The notes beneath the pieces were generated by a model. That model searched no databases. It saw nothing but the letters and a program-made list of their open reading frames with translations, and was not told the origin of the DNA. The translations under genes were made by a program, and so were the position numbers. 64,000 nt of DNA from the human T2T-CHM13v2.0 reference genome, Homo sapiens: assembly GCF_009914755.1 (NCBI RefSeq), contig NC_060930.1; one strand, 5' to 3'. Positions 1 through 26,184 of this stretch are shown piece after piece (position 1 is the stretch's first letter; each line of letters begins with the position of its first letter).

Positions 1-849
1 AGAAGGCCTCATACATGAGGGGTGCCATGGGGTAAAGGAATAGCTGAGAGAGGGGGCATCACCTGGGCAAGAATTGGGACCCCAGCCACAGAGAATAGTT
101 GTGACACAGCTAATGACCTGGGTGGGCCAGCCCCCAAAGACTTGGATTCCAGCTGATCATCTCTGTGCCATCCTCGGGCAAGTCCCCTCACACTGAGAGC
201 TGAGAACAGGTGGAGAAATGAGAAGCTAAGCAGGGGGTTTGGACTTGGTTGATGTGGTTCCAGATTCTCAAACAAGGAACTGGCCTGGAAAAGGCAGTAT
301 TTAGGGCTCTGTTTTGTCATTAGCAAATATTTAGTTTTAGGCTGACTCCCTTTTGTCGCCCAACATGCTCTGACTCAACTCTCCCACCTTGGGCACACAG
401 CATGCAAATGAATCACATCATTGCCTTGGCCAAACATAATTTGGGAAGTGAACCTGCTTAGAAACCCATAGAGTATGTTCTAAAATTAAACAAAAGGTTT
501 TGTTTTGTTTTTTTTGTTTTTGTTTTTTTAATTATCCAGTCCATTCTTTCTTTTTATTAGTGTGGATTTTGGAGTGTGGATAGTAATTATCCATGAGAAT
601 AAAAAAATTACTTAATTGTACATTGTATGAGATTCAAATAAAAGGACCACTTCTCAGGTCTGGTGCCTCCCTTGCAGATACATGCAAATATTTTATTAGC
701 CACCATTTCCACCCGAGTTCCCTGAAGGATTGTAGGAAATCAGTGAACTGTTCTTGTGGTATATGCTAGTCGCTCATAAATTGGAACTACCACACAGTGT
801 GATCAGAATAAACAAATGGAAAGGGTAATAAGGCACACCAATAATCACT

Positions 850-1902
850 GGTGACCTCAGCAATTTTATTAACAAATTTATTTCCCTAATTGGGTAACGT
901 ATCTCAGTGCTTGACTCAAGGGCATCGTAATAGGTTTCCATACTGCAGAAGAAGGAATTAATTAGAACTGTTTGTTCTTATTCCATATTTACACTTGTCC
1001 ACCAGTCTTGTAAACATTGCCCCTGGTTTCCTCCGTCCTCCAGGTTCTTCTGACTCCCCAACCCACCCCCAAAATAAATAAATAGAAAGCAGAGAGTAGA
1101 GCAGGACGTCAGTGGTCCCTTTTTATGTGCGTTCACCCCCACTGCAAGCCGCGTCTCATGGTCAGAATGTGGCAGAATGGGGAACTCCAAAGTCTGCTAA
1201 GAGATTCCTCATTTTAAGAGATTTTGGGGGAAAAAAAGGAAAAAAAAGCCTGTAAAGGGACCCTCCTTTCCACAGGCAAAAATGGAGAATCTGGGGTCTT
1301 GCTTTGCCAGAGCTCATGCCTGGGCTTGGCTTTGTCCACTTAGAAGCTGGGTGCAGAGCAGGTGAGATGGGTAGATCTCTTCTGCTTCATCCTGTGTCAC
1401 CTAAAACTCCGCTTAGGAAGATAAGAGGCATTCATGAGCTCTGCCTGCCCTTGGAGCGAGCAGTCCATACAAGGAGAAAAACCATGAGCTCATGAACTCA
1501 CTCTTCAAGGCTGCTTCAAGTCAAGTTTTCTGCCTCACAGCTTGTGCGGACTGCAGCATGGCAACGAGTAAACATTTTTAGATGCAAATATTCCAGAATG
1601 TCAGCAATGCTGGCCTCTAACTTGGGCTGCCCCCTCCAGTGTACTCCAGAAGGTGCCACTTTATCCTGGCTGTCTGTTCTCCGATGAGCAGCATTAGAGC
1701 ATAATGCCAGGGGATATGGAATCACCTCCAGAGCTGATTTGTTCAGCAGCTGTTAATATAGTCTGCCATATATAGAGATGGTTTTTGAAGGTAGATAGGA
1801 CTATTATGAAGACATCTAAGGGGTGTCTGGACTACCCTAGCAACCAACAGGTCTCTATTTGAGATCTATAGCCCAGAAGAATCCAGATAAGCCCAGGAAG
1901 TT
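850..1902 (-). other. IP6K3: IP6K3 3'UTR
   Basis: Between the stop codon and tandem AATAAA signals; cleavage site approximate. Confidence 0.8.
865..882 (-). terminator. IP6K3: IP6K3 tandem polyadenylation signals (AATAAA at 882-877 and 870-865)
   Basis: Two tttatt hexamers on + strand about 1 kb past the stop, followed by TG-rich sequence on the minus strand. Confidence 0.8.
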
Positions 1903-14657
<12,755 letters not shown>

Positions 14658-15054
14658 GGCGGCAGATGGTGGTGGTGGGGGGTCCCTGCACAGTCTGCTA
14701 GAGGAAGGTTTGAAGTAGAAAGGGCAGCTCCCAACAGCACACGGGGCTGTCAGCGGTCCTCAACTTTCTCCTTCTTGGCCTTTATTGCTGTCATAGCGCA
14801 GTTGTCCTCCTGTCTGTGGGTTCTCAGCGGGGTCCTCTGGAAAGCAGGGGAGGAAGGAGGAAGTTATATGAGGGAGGTGGTGGCTGGGGCAGGGCAGCGC
14901 TTGGAAGGGCCCACACAGCCTCGACCCCAGAACAGGTTCCTCACTGGTACCTTAAACAGGACTGTAAATATCCATTGATTACTTCTGGAATAATCTGTCA
15001 TGAGAAACCAGTTACAGTGGTTGCCTCCATGGAGCAGGGATGAGAAGGAGACTT

Positions 15055-15345
15055 ATTTATTTATTTAAGATGTGGTCTTGCTCTGTCGCCCAGGCTGGAG
15101 TGCAGTGGCATGATCTTGGCTCACTGCAGGCTTGACCTCCTGGGCTCAAATGATCCTCCCACCTCAGCCTCCAAGTAGCTGGGACTACAGGTGTGTGCCA
15201 GCATGCCCAACTAATTTTATATTTTTTGTAGAAACGGGGTCTCACCATGTTGCCTGGGCTGGTCTCAAACTCCTGAGCTCAAGTGATCCACCCACCTTGG
15301 CCTCCCAAGTGCTAGGATTATAGGCGTGAGCCACTGTGCCCAGCC
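15055..15345 (-). mobile_element. Alu (J family)
   Basis: cctcctgggctcaa...gatcctccc J-type features. Confidence 0.93.
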
Positions 15346-15516
15346 AGAGACTTTAAATAATGTTTTGTACTTTTTGAATTTAAATATTAAAACATTTTAA
15401 AAATTCAAGCAACATACTAAGCTTCTAGAGTGCAGAGACTGTATCTTAACTTCACCTGACATGTTGCCTGCCTTCATCTGGAACACTCATCCCAGGCCCA
15501 ACAAGAAGCAAGCTGA

Positions 15517-16140
<624 letters not shown>

Positions 16141-16476
16141 ATTATTGCCATGCTGGTCCTATTTTCCTCACAGCTCTGGGTTGTAGGACAGGCAGGCCAC
16201 TTTGCAAATGAGGAGAGTGAGGCCTACAGTACCATGCGCAGGGTTGCGGCTGGCCAGGAGAGTGGGAAGTAAAGCCGGGGCCTGCTCTTCTCTAGGCCTG
16301 GCCCCCTCCTCCCCCTCCCACTCCTCTTACTCTCCCTGAGGGTGGGCCTGTGGGTCTCAGGCAAAAGCTGGCGCTCTGGGCTGGAAACACAGCCCCTAAA
16401 GACGTCCTGACTTTGTCTCAGGAGAGTGCGAAGGAGACACTGCAAGGGGAGGCTCTTCCTGCCCTGTTCGTCCTGT

Positions 16477-16557
16477 CCTGAGAGCACATTCCCACAGCGG
16501 TGCCCTGAGAGCACATTCCCACAGCGGTGCCCTGAGAGCACATTCCCACAGTGGTGC
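16477..16557. repeat. 27-bp minisatellite x3
   Basis: cctgagagcacattcccacagcggtgc x2 plus a third copy with one C>T. Confidence 0.95.
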
Positions 16558-17659
16558 CTGTCACCACCGAGTTATTAATACTCGCTCCCTCTGCTGGACT
16601 CCTGGTCATGGATGCCACCAGGCTGGGCAGTGCTGGGCATGATTAACGCTCTAATTGACCTTCAATCCAGGCCACGAGCACAGCCAGCTGGATTCATGCA
16701 CAGCAGTGCCCATCAATTTGTTCAGGCCTCTGGCTCAGAGAGGCTCCTGCCAGCCGCCCGGACCTCCAGCTCACTCGGGCATTGAAAACCTCAACACAGC
16801 CTGTTCATTCCCCAACACTGGGCCTCTTCCACATTGGCTACTGCCCTACAGGCCAGAAGTGCCTCTATAGGAGGGAGAAGGAGTGTGGCTTTTGGCTGGT
16901 ACGTAGGATGCGGGGTGAGCCTTCTGTGGCTGGCTGCGTAGCTGGAGTGACTGGGTGAACCGGGGCTGCTCGGGTGGGAGGATGGAGGCCTAATGGTGAG
17001 GGGGCTGGGCCTAAGACTCCAGCCTAGGCATTGATCCAGCTCTGCTCCAGTGTGGCACAGAGGTGAGCCCCATCTGGAAGCTGTTTCAGGACCTGAGAAA
17101 AGAAGTTGGTGACAGGTATCTGGACACAGAGGAAAATTGGCCCACAAAAAAAGCTGATAACTTCAGTTTGCTAACCCTTTGGTTATGGGACAGGATATGC
17201 CAGTTGCCTGTAAACCCAATCCTACTTGCAAATTTGGAGAAGGCAAGAAGGAGTAGAGCAGAGAAGCCAAGGCAGCCTGATGCCTCCCCTCTCGCTGGGC
17301 TTGCTGGCATGTCGGCCTTTGCCAGCTGACCTGTCCCCAGGCAGAGAAACTTTTGGTGACCACAGGGACATCTAGTCTGTAAAGTTCATTTATAGCCACT
17401 CTTGGAAGGGGCAAGACTCCTGCCCCGCACACTTGTATCCCCAGGGCTGGCCCCACACTAGCCAGACCTGGCCTCAGCGGATGCCAGCCCAGCTCCACAG
17501 CCGCGTCCCAGCCAAATCACACCTGGGCCTCGTGCTGCTGCACTGGGAAGTCCACACCCCTCGTCTTTCCCCAGCTCACATTCCCAAAGAGCTCTAAGGA
17601 CATGGATGTCACCGCGGCAAGGTGTGGCAAGGAAATAATGGCAATAAATGGTTACATGC

Positions 17660-17890
17660 ATACAGCGCTTGCTGTAGCCACGTTCTAGTGCTTTGTATAG
17701 AGTAACCTATTTAAGCCTTACAATCCATAATAACCCTATGAGGCAATTCGTGTTACCAGCCCCGTTTTACAGATGAGAAAACGGAGGCACAGAGAGGTTA
17801 AGTAGCTTCCCTATCTGCACCTAGCTAGTATAGGAAGAGCAGGGATTTGAACCCAGGCATGGTAGCCCCAGAGTGTGCGTCCCGGCCACA
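17660..17890 (-). mobile_element. MIR
   Basis: ttttacagatgagaaaacggaggcacagagaggttaagt...gggatttgaacccagg. Confidence 0.8.
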
Positions 17891-20149
17891 CTGCAGGGGG
17901 CTGAGGGTTGTTGTTTATATACTTTAAACTTCAGGAAATTGAGCCACAAGGAGGCCAGGACTTGGCCAAAGTCACCTGTAAGTCACTGGCAGTGCTGGGG
18001 CAGGTTTTCCTGTCTCCCAGGCCTGGTCTACCCCCTGGCCTGTCCCCTATCCCACTTGATGACATTCAGTACATGGGCTAGGAGTGGGTGGGCTGGAGAG
18101 GGGAGCACATCTGTCTCCTACCTCTGCAGAAACCACCACAAGGGATCAGGCTGAAGGCCCATCTAGAGCAGGGGTTGGTATCGACCTTCCCCACAGCCTC
18201 CTGGCTGGGGGTATCAGTGAGACCCGAGAGGCACTGTCATTCCCAGCAGGGAACTGGTTCCTGCTGCAACCTTCCCCTCTGATCTCAGATGTTCTCAGGA
18301 ACCCTGGCTGTACCTCCTCAGAGAGCGCAGTGTGAGCAGGGAAGACCCCTGGGCCTTCAGTGCAGCCTGTGGCACAGCAGTGGAAACTCCCTTGCCCCTG
18401 GACTTGGACGGATTGGCAGCGATTGTCTACCAGGTAGCCAGCCTGTGAAAAAAAAAAGAAAACCTGGACTTGGCTGCTAGGGAAACTGAGGCCCTTTCTC
18501 TTGGGGGTCAGCCTAGGATGTAGATTAGGTGACATCTGCAGGGCCTCCTGCTCCTGAGCTGTGTGGTCTGCAATTCTGACACAGGTTGGTGGGAAGGGGC
18601 AGAAGGAGGAGGGAGGAGCAGTGGCTTCTGCCCCTGGAGCTTCAGCTGGGGCTGGGCAGGGTGGGTTTCGCCGCTGCTCGGGAAGGCAGTCTGTGGCTTC
18701 CCCTTGGCACTGATGCTGACCTCAAATTCCCAAGGAAGAGTAGGGTTCTTTATCTGTTTCTGCCTTTGTGTGTGGCCTCCAGCTCTGTGGGATTGAGCTG
18801 GGGAAGGCCCCTGTTTTTCCCATTCCTCACGGGCAAGTCCCAATTAAATCATTCAAGTTGGCAGGACCTTTCTCAGCCCAGACCTTCCTTTTGCCACATG
18901 CAGGCACTTCTGCCGTTGGCATGGGCCCTGCCTTTGATCAACGCCCTGGGCCTGTTCTGTTTCCTAAGAGCCTTGGGCAAGAGTCAGAAGTCCAGGGTCT
19001 ACCCCAGGCGCTCCTGGAGCTTGCTGAGGCCTGAGATGAACTGGGGAAGTGCTCTGAGGCTTGGCTTGTCACCCTCTGCCACAGCCTTGTCATGATGCTC
19101 GGAAGACAAAGTGAAGACACTCCTTTGTGGAGTCCTCCTTCCAAGCATTGCCACCACGCAGGGTCTGTCACTGCCTGCATTATTCTCAGGACCGACTTCC
19201 ATGAGTCAACTTGGGTGCTGCATGGCAGGTGAGGTGCCTGCTGCCAAATATCCTTGGCTCTCTTTAGTGCTTTGAAGGGAGACAGTTGTCCCTGTCTTCA
19301 GCCCACATCTCCTCCCACATCCCTACAGCTCAGACCCCTTGCCCAGCATCCTTCCCTAGGGCTCCTTGGGGAGGCATAGGGGGAGTAAGAATAAAGCAGG
19401 GAAGAGGGTGAGATGCCTCTAGCCAGAAGAGCTCAACTTAAAGGCTGCCTAACTCCTGCCACCACCAGGAAGTGGACAGATGGCCCCAGGTCTCTGTGTC
19501 CTCCTGCCCTGTCGTTGCATCATGTCCTGAATGAAGTAACGCTGGGCCTCACTCCAGGAGACTCCAGGGCTAATTTCTGCTGATGGGGCGCAGCCACCGA
19601 GCTGGTTGTTAAATGAGGCCCTGGGCTGTCTGTGCCAGTACAGACCCTGCTCCGCAGCCCCACAGGGCCTGAGTGACAGCCAGCCTGTGCTAGCCTGTGA
19701 GACACTCCCCAGTCAGAAAAGAGGGTCACTGACAGCAGGGCCGTGAGTGGGTTTGGCTTCCAGAGTGGAGACACAGGACAATACCAGTGATTCTAAGACC
19801 CCAAGACCTCGCTGATGCCAGACACAATGACAGATGCCACCCATCAAGCCGAGGCGGATAAGGGCATCATAACTTGTCACAACCCGTCGGCACATTTTTA
19901 TTTCCGGAGAGTCTTTGTATCTTATAACCGCTTTCCACATGCTAAATCTGAGTTCATTAACATTACGGAAGATGCATCTCTTTTAGGACTCACACTCCCA
20001 TTTTAGGGAAGGTGGCAGACGAAACCACAAATCAAACTTGTAGGGGTTCAAAATAGGAATAGATTAGTCATGGACTATATCTTATCAAAGCCTGCTGGCT
20101 TCTTATATCCGCAAACAGACTGGCTGACTGTGGCCATTGTCAGGGCTGT

Positions 20150-20485
20150 TCACAACATTCTGTTTTTCCCTGTGAGAATGTGGTATGATTGCAGCTGTGA
20201 AGGTAAGCGTGGCTCACGTGATTTGCTTTTGCCAGCATCACGTGGGTGGGTGCCATGTGTTACTTCTGGGTGGGAACTTCAAGAGATGTTCCCCCCATTC
20301 TCTTTCCCTGGCCATGGTGATCTTGGAAGCACATGCTGAGGTGTGGCCTCTGTCAGTAGGGTCCCTAAGTGACTGTACATACTGGATATATAGCATTATG
20401 GAAATAAATCTTCACTCTATGAAGTCACTGAGATTTGGGGGTGGCTTGTTATGCAGCAGGACCTAGTCCATCCTGCCTGATGCAC
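20150..20485 (+). mobile_element. MLT1-type (MaLR) LTR relic
   Basis: gccatgtgttacttctgggtgg...tgagatttggggg..ttgttatgcagca..cctgcctgatgca. Confidence 0.6.
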
Positions 20486-20540
20486 TAACTCACAGCCAGG
20501 CACCCAGTATGGAGCTCTTAAGTTGAAAGCAACTTCACTT

Positions 20541-21228
<688 letters not shown>

Positions 21229-23744
21229 TCATAGTCACTCCTAAGGGTCAACTCTGGACCCCTGGCTTTACAATCACACCTCTGTGTCTCCAGCTAGGAA
21301 TTTTCAGATGGAGACACTGAGGGTCAGAATGGTTGCAGAGTTTTCCCGGGGTCCAGAGCTATCAGGCACCAATGCTGGGACTCGGCCGTGATGAGTCTGT
21401 CTCACTCTGAAGTCGACGCCCATTCTGACCACGTGCAGTCCGCTTGGACGGGGAGTGGCTGCTGAGTTGCTCTGGCTGTCTCTGGGAGTCTCGGAGACCC
21501 AGGACCAAGACCCAAGTCAGGCTCTTAGGGCCAGGGTGCTGTCTGGGGCCCTCTTTATGCTGTTTGCCTCAGTAACCTGTGTCAGGATAGGGAGCTTTCA
21601 GAAGCTGCACCTGACTGGGCAGCAAGAACCGTACACCCAGGGGCAGCATGCTGCTGGTGGGCAGTGTCTAACGAAGTGCTTGGCAGCGTGGATTCTTAGG
21701 GCCCTGGGTGAGGGCTCCCACCCGGGGGGCCTGCCAAGACCTTACCCAAATCCTCACCACCACAATCTGCAGAGTAGGAAAGTAATCCCCTAGAGGCACG
21801 ATAATTCTCAAATGTATGTAAATATGTTGGTAATTAACAAAATACAAATTCATTTAAAGGCATTATTGAATTCCTAGTAGTTTTTGTCATCGTCTATTTT
21901 TCTCAATCAACAGATCCTAAAAGTATAATGAGTATTGCATAGGGACTGGTAGGGAAAAAACTGTGTTGACAAATGGGTCCTGGAGAAGAGGTTAGGAGAG
22001 GTACTGCTCCTGGCTGAGATCAGGGTGGTTTGAGGGGTCTGGGAAGGAGTCCAGGAGGAGGGGAGATGTTGGCTCAGCCTTGGGGAGCTTGGGGAGGGCC
22101 TGCTTTGGGGAGTGTGTGTACAGGGAGCAATAGGGAAGGGCAAGGAGATGGTGGGAGGCGATGGCTGGAGGGGAGTGTTGTGTGGAGGAGGAGGATGCGG
22201 GAGTGCTTGGCTGGCCTTGCCAGTGCTGCAGCAGCAGGGCGTCTGCAGAGGCAGCCGGCAGTGGAGGGGGACGGAGAGTGAGCCCAGCCTGGCCAGCCAG
22301 AGGAGATGCTGGCCTGGGCCCCAGCTCAGTGCAGGAAGGTGGCACCCTGAGATCACCAAGGTGCTGAAGCCTTCGGGACCACATCCCGATAAATCTTAGG
22401 TGGTGGGGAGAGGGCTTTCTGGGTAGAAGATAATTAAGAAACAGCTTGTAGCAAAAGAAAACTGTAATATAAAATGTGGCAGACGGCAAAGCAGCATGGT
22501 TTATGGCCTGCCCTCTCACCTCTGAAGCTCTAACTTACATTTCACAGGTCTCTCGGAGCCAGAGGTTTGGTACAAGTACCATTCAATGTCTTTGTGATGC
22601 CCGAGGGAGCATTTTTTAATCTATTAGAGATGAGAGGACCCAAAAACCATTTAAAACCACTTAGGTTGTAATGGGCAGGAGAAATTTGGAGTTTCTCACA
22701 TGGCTGAGGGGTTGTGCATCATCTGGGGCCATCCAGGTTGGAAGGCACAAGCTTATTTTCCAGGGGGAAAAATGGAGTTTTAAAATCCATTCTAAAAATG
22801 ACTCAAGGGCTGTAGGATGGTGTGCCCTCTGTCCGTGTGGCTCTCCGGCTCGGTGGGATCAATACCTAGTGCTGGGGGACTTCACACATCACTTTCCCAG
22901 CCGTGGCTGAAATATGTGGCTTAGGAGAGCATCTCTTCCCTGGAGAAGGCTTGGTTTCTAGAATCACAGAGCAATACTTCATATTCCTCAGTCATAGAAA
23001 CTTATTTCGGGGCTGATTTTATCCTTTGAGAGGGTTTTTTTTTTCTTTTTTTTTTCTTAACATTTAAAATCTCCCAACATTTCTCCAGCTTGAGGACCAA
23101 ATACGATTTTAATACAGAGATTATTAGTTTAGAAACCCTTCAGCCACTGACAAATGTACTTAGCAGCACCAACAATGTTCTGATCTTGCTGTCAAGGTGG
23201 GAGAAACATGGGGGAAAGATGACTCACGAAGTCAAGTGCCACTGGAAGGGCTGCTCTGGGGGAGGCAGAGGCTGCGAGGGCTTCTCCCTCTTGGCCCCCT
23301 AATAGATCCTGACCCCTGGACACGCAGCTCCTCAGCCATGGTTAGCAACTGCTTTGACAGCCCCTCCCAGCCATGCTTTTCTCCTCCGGACTTTGCCTCT
23401 TGAAGCTGCACCCAGGATTTTGGATATTGCTAAACACCCAGACCTGCCTACACATTTCCCAGCCTCCAACACCCTGCCCCACACCTGCTGCCTTCCTCTA
23501 AGTAATATGATCAGCCACCACCTGTCTTGTGCAAGAGACCTATGAGCCACAGACGTAAGGTGTTGCCAGCGGTTAGCATGGCAGTTTTATGGTTGCAAGA
23601 TGGAACAGCTCTTTAAGGTCAAAACACAATAATGGGATGGAGTGTGTGTGCGTGCATGTGTTTGTATGTTTGTGTGAGTGTGTGTGAATGCTTGTGCGTG
23701 TGTGGGAGTGTGTGGCTGAGGGAGAATGCAGGCAAGGTTTTTCC

Positions 23745-23758
23745 CCACCAGAGGGCAG
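23745..23758 (+). promoter_or_regulatory. CTCF core motif in IP6K3 intron 1
   Basis: CCACCAGAGGGCAG matches CCASYAGRKGGCRS at every position. Confidence 0.55.
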
Positions 23759-24191
23759 CAGCACACACGTTGAGGCCCCAAATGCCTGAGAGGGATTAAC
23801 TGGAAACTAAAGCCAGCACCCACCTCCTCACCCAGCCACTGGGGGACACATTCTTGGAACTGCCCTAGGTTTGCCTGGCTTTGCCCAGACCTGTCCCAGA
23901 GAGCCTCGATGGCAGCTGAAGTTCTGCCTCCACCAGGCAGATGTTTTTGAAAAGCTCAGAAGCCATCATTGAGGTTGGATTCTCCCCATAACGTTCTATA
24001 ACATCTCTTGCCCTCCCCTCCCACTGCTTAACCAGGGTCAGGGGCTGAAGGGGAGGGGGTGGGAATGGGCTGGGGGTGGTGGGGCACTTGAGAGCCCATC
24101 TGGGCAGAGCAGGATGGGGTCTCCAGCGATCTCCACCCCATCTGTCCATCCCGCCCAGGCTGTGGCACCCTGGTGGGTGGGTGAGGCCTCT

Positions 24192-24244
24192 CAGCTGCCA
24201 GCTGGGCCTCCCAGCCCCGGATGAGTTGCAGTAACTATTATTAA
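24192..24244. promoter_or_regulatory. Candidate muscle enhancer core: twin CAGCTG E-box plus MEF2-like site
   Basis: CAGCTG-C-CAGCTG at 24192-24204; CTATTATTAA (YTAWWWWTAR) at 24235-24244. Confidence 0.4.
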
Positions 24245-25937
24245 GGTAACACACTGCAACTGCAGCCCGCGGGCCAGCACGCGCTGCCACCCTGCGCCTC
24301 CCCAGCCAGTGCACGTGCTTTCTTCCCTGAAGGACCTGATGCTCATAAAGTTTATTGCTGTTCCCTGTGGCTGCTAGTGAACAAGAGAGCAACCATCCGG
24401 GTTTCTGCCTGGGAAGGATTTATTCAGGCTCTGTGGAGGGCAGGAGAAAGAAGGAGATGCCGCTGGCCAGGGGGTGGGCTTGGCCTGGCCTGTGACCCCC
24501 GGAAGCAGCAGAGGACGGGGAGGGCCCCAGAGGCCACAGGAGCATTGAGGGGCAGGGATGCAGGGAAGTGGTCCAGGAGGGGACAGGAGACCTGGTTCTG
24601 CCTCAGGCTCCCTGAGCCTGCCTCTCGGGGCCTCAGCTTCCCTATCTGTACTGAGAGCTGTCTGACCCTGCCATGTTCTTACCCTCCTATGGGACAACCC
24701 CCCCTTTGATTCAGCAAGGCAAAGTGGTGGGGAAAAATCACCATGGTGGGGGGTCGGGGGGCTGGCAGAGGCTCTTTCTAATTGAAAGAGATTTAAGAGA
24801 CCTGCTGACCCAATGCCTTTTGACTGGATCCTTTTCTAACAAAACATTAACAGACATGTAGGGCCAGCTGGGGAAAGGAGACTGCAGACAGGATGCAGAC
24901 GCTCATGGGTAGTTGTTCATTTGTTAGTGGACAGTGGGTTATGTGAGGACCTGCTGAGGACTTTGTGCAGGGGAGAGGCGTGCTGTGATGTCAGAACACT
25001 CTAGCTGTAGCGTATTCAATGAAACAAATACGACAAAACTCGGGCCACTGCTGAAATCAGGCGCAGGATGTACAAGTGTGCATGAGATCATTCCCTCTAT
25101 TTGTATGCTTGAAGTTTTTCATAATAAAAGGTTAAAAAATAAATGGGTAGCTTTTTAAAAATGTAGAAGGCAGAGTCCCTCTCTATGGGATCAGAATTTC
25201 AGGGGAAGGGGCCTGGCATGGGGGGTTTAAGGCCCCCAAGGCAAGCTCAGTTCTCAGGTTCACTAGGGTACCTAGAAGAGTCATGGGTGGGGGCCAAGAC
25301 TCCACCACTGCCCAGGGCATCAGGGACCACCGTTTGGTGGAGACATGTCTCCCACCCCCATGACCGCCATCCCGTGGTCTACCACCACCCTGCACCAGGC
25401 CCCAGGCAGCTGCTGTAGATGCTGATGTCATCCAGCCTGGTGCCGGCCTCCTGCCCCCTCCCGTGGAAAGCTGGGGCTGCTGGGCTAGGACATGCTGTTC
25501 CTGTGCCCAGGGGATGCTGCCCGCGTTTCTTGGACACCGGCCTCTGTTAAGGGTTAACGCAGCCCCCGGTACTTGCCCCTCCCCCCAGCTTCCTCTGTAG
25601 TCCCAGTCCACCCTGAAGTGAGAGGGCTCCAGGCACCCCTGGAAGGGGAGGGGTGGAATTCCCCTGGGAGAAGGGAGAGGGATGAAAGAGGAACAGATGC
25701 CAGAATTCCTATACACTGAACTGTCCCAACGCCCTACCCCACCCCCGCCACACACAGATGGACAGACCTCCACGAAGACGCTGGCACCTCCGTGGGGCAG
25801 ACTCCTGGCCAGCCTGGAATGGAGACAAGACCCCAGGGTACAGACAGGCCCTGTGAACACGAGACCCTCTCTCCCCTCAGTCAGGCCCCGTCAAAGAGGC
25901 TGGCCCTGCCCATCCCTGCCTACAAGGCAGCACTCAC

Positions 25938-26090
25938 CAGAGCTTCCTCCGAGATCGTGGGGAGTGTATGGAAGGCAGGGCCCAGGAATCTTGTCTCTCA
26001 GTGCCCACCATGTACAGGCATCAGGCAATGGCCCGTCCCAGCGTGGAGCATTTGCTGTTCACCAGAGCCCTGGTGCGGGAGGTCTGCCCG
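25938..26090 (-). other. IP6K3: Probable non-coding exon 1 of IP6K3 (5' end approximate)
   Basis: Strong donor CTG|GTGAGT at 25937; exon 2 has an acceptor upstream of the ATG so an upstream exon is required; distance fits the roughly 25 kb gene length I recall; TSS not determinable from sequence. Confidence 0.6.
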
Positions 26091-26167
26091 GGAGGGCCGG
26101 GCTGCCGTGGCCTGGGGAGGGAAGGGTCACCTGACCCTCTGGGGAAGGGCTGGTGGGGACTGGCATG

Positions 26168-26184
26168 TCCAGCTGTCAGCTGGA
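26168..26184. promoter_or_regulatory. Palindromic twin CAGCTG E-box just upstream of IP6K3 exon 1
   Basis: TCCAGCTG-T-CAGCTGGA. Confidence 0.45.

Noticed and set aside
16477-16557. Repeat array as possible CRISPR-like structure
   Set aside because: Head-to-tail units with no spacers in eukaryotic DNA; an ordinary minisatellite
21990-22300. G/purine-rich strand asymmetry with G4 potential
   Set aside because: Common in this GC-rich locus and possibly an old L2 relic; no specific evidence of function
25183-25860. 225-aa minus-strand ORF in IP6K3 intron 1
   Set aside because: No domain, GC-rich chance ORF, no supporting splice structure
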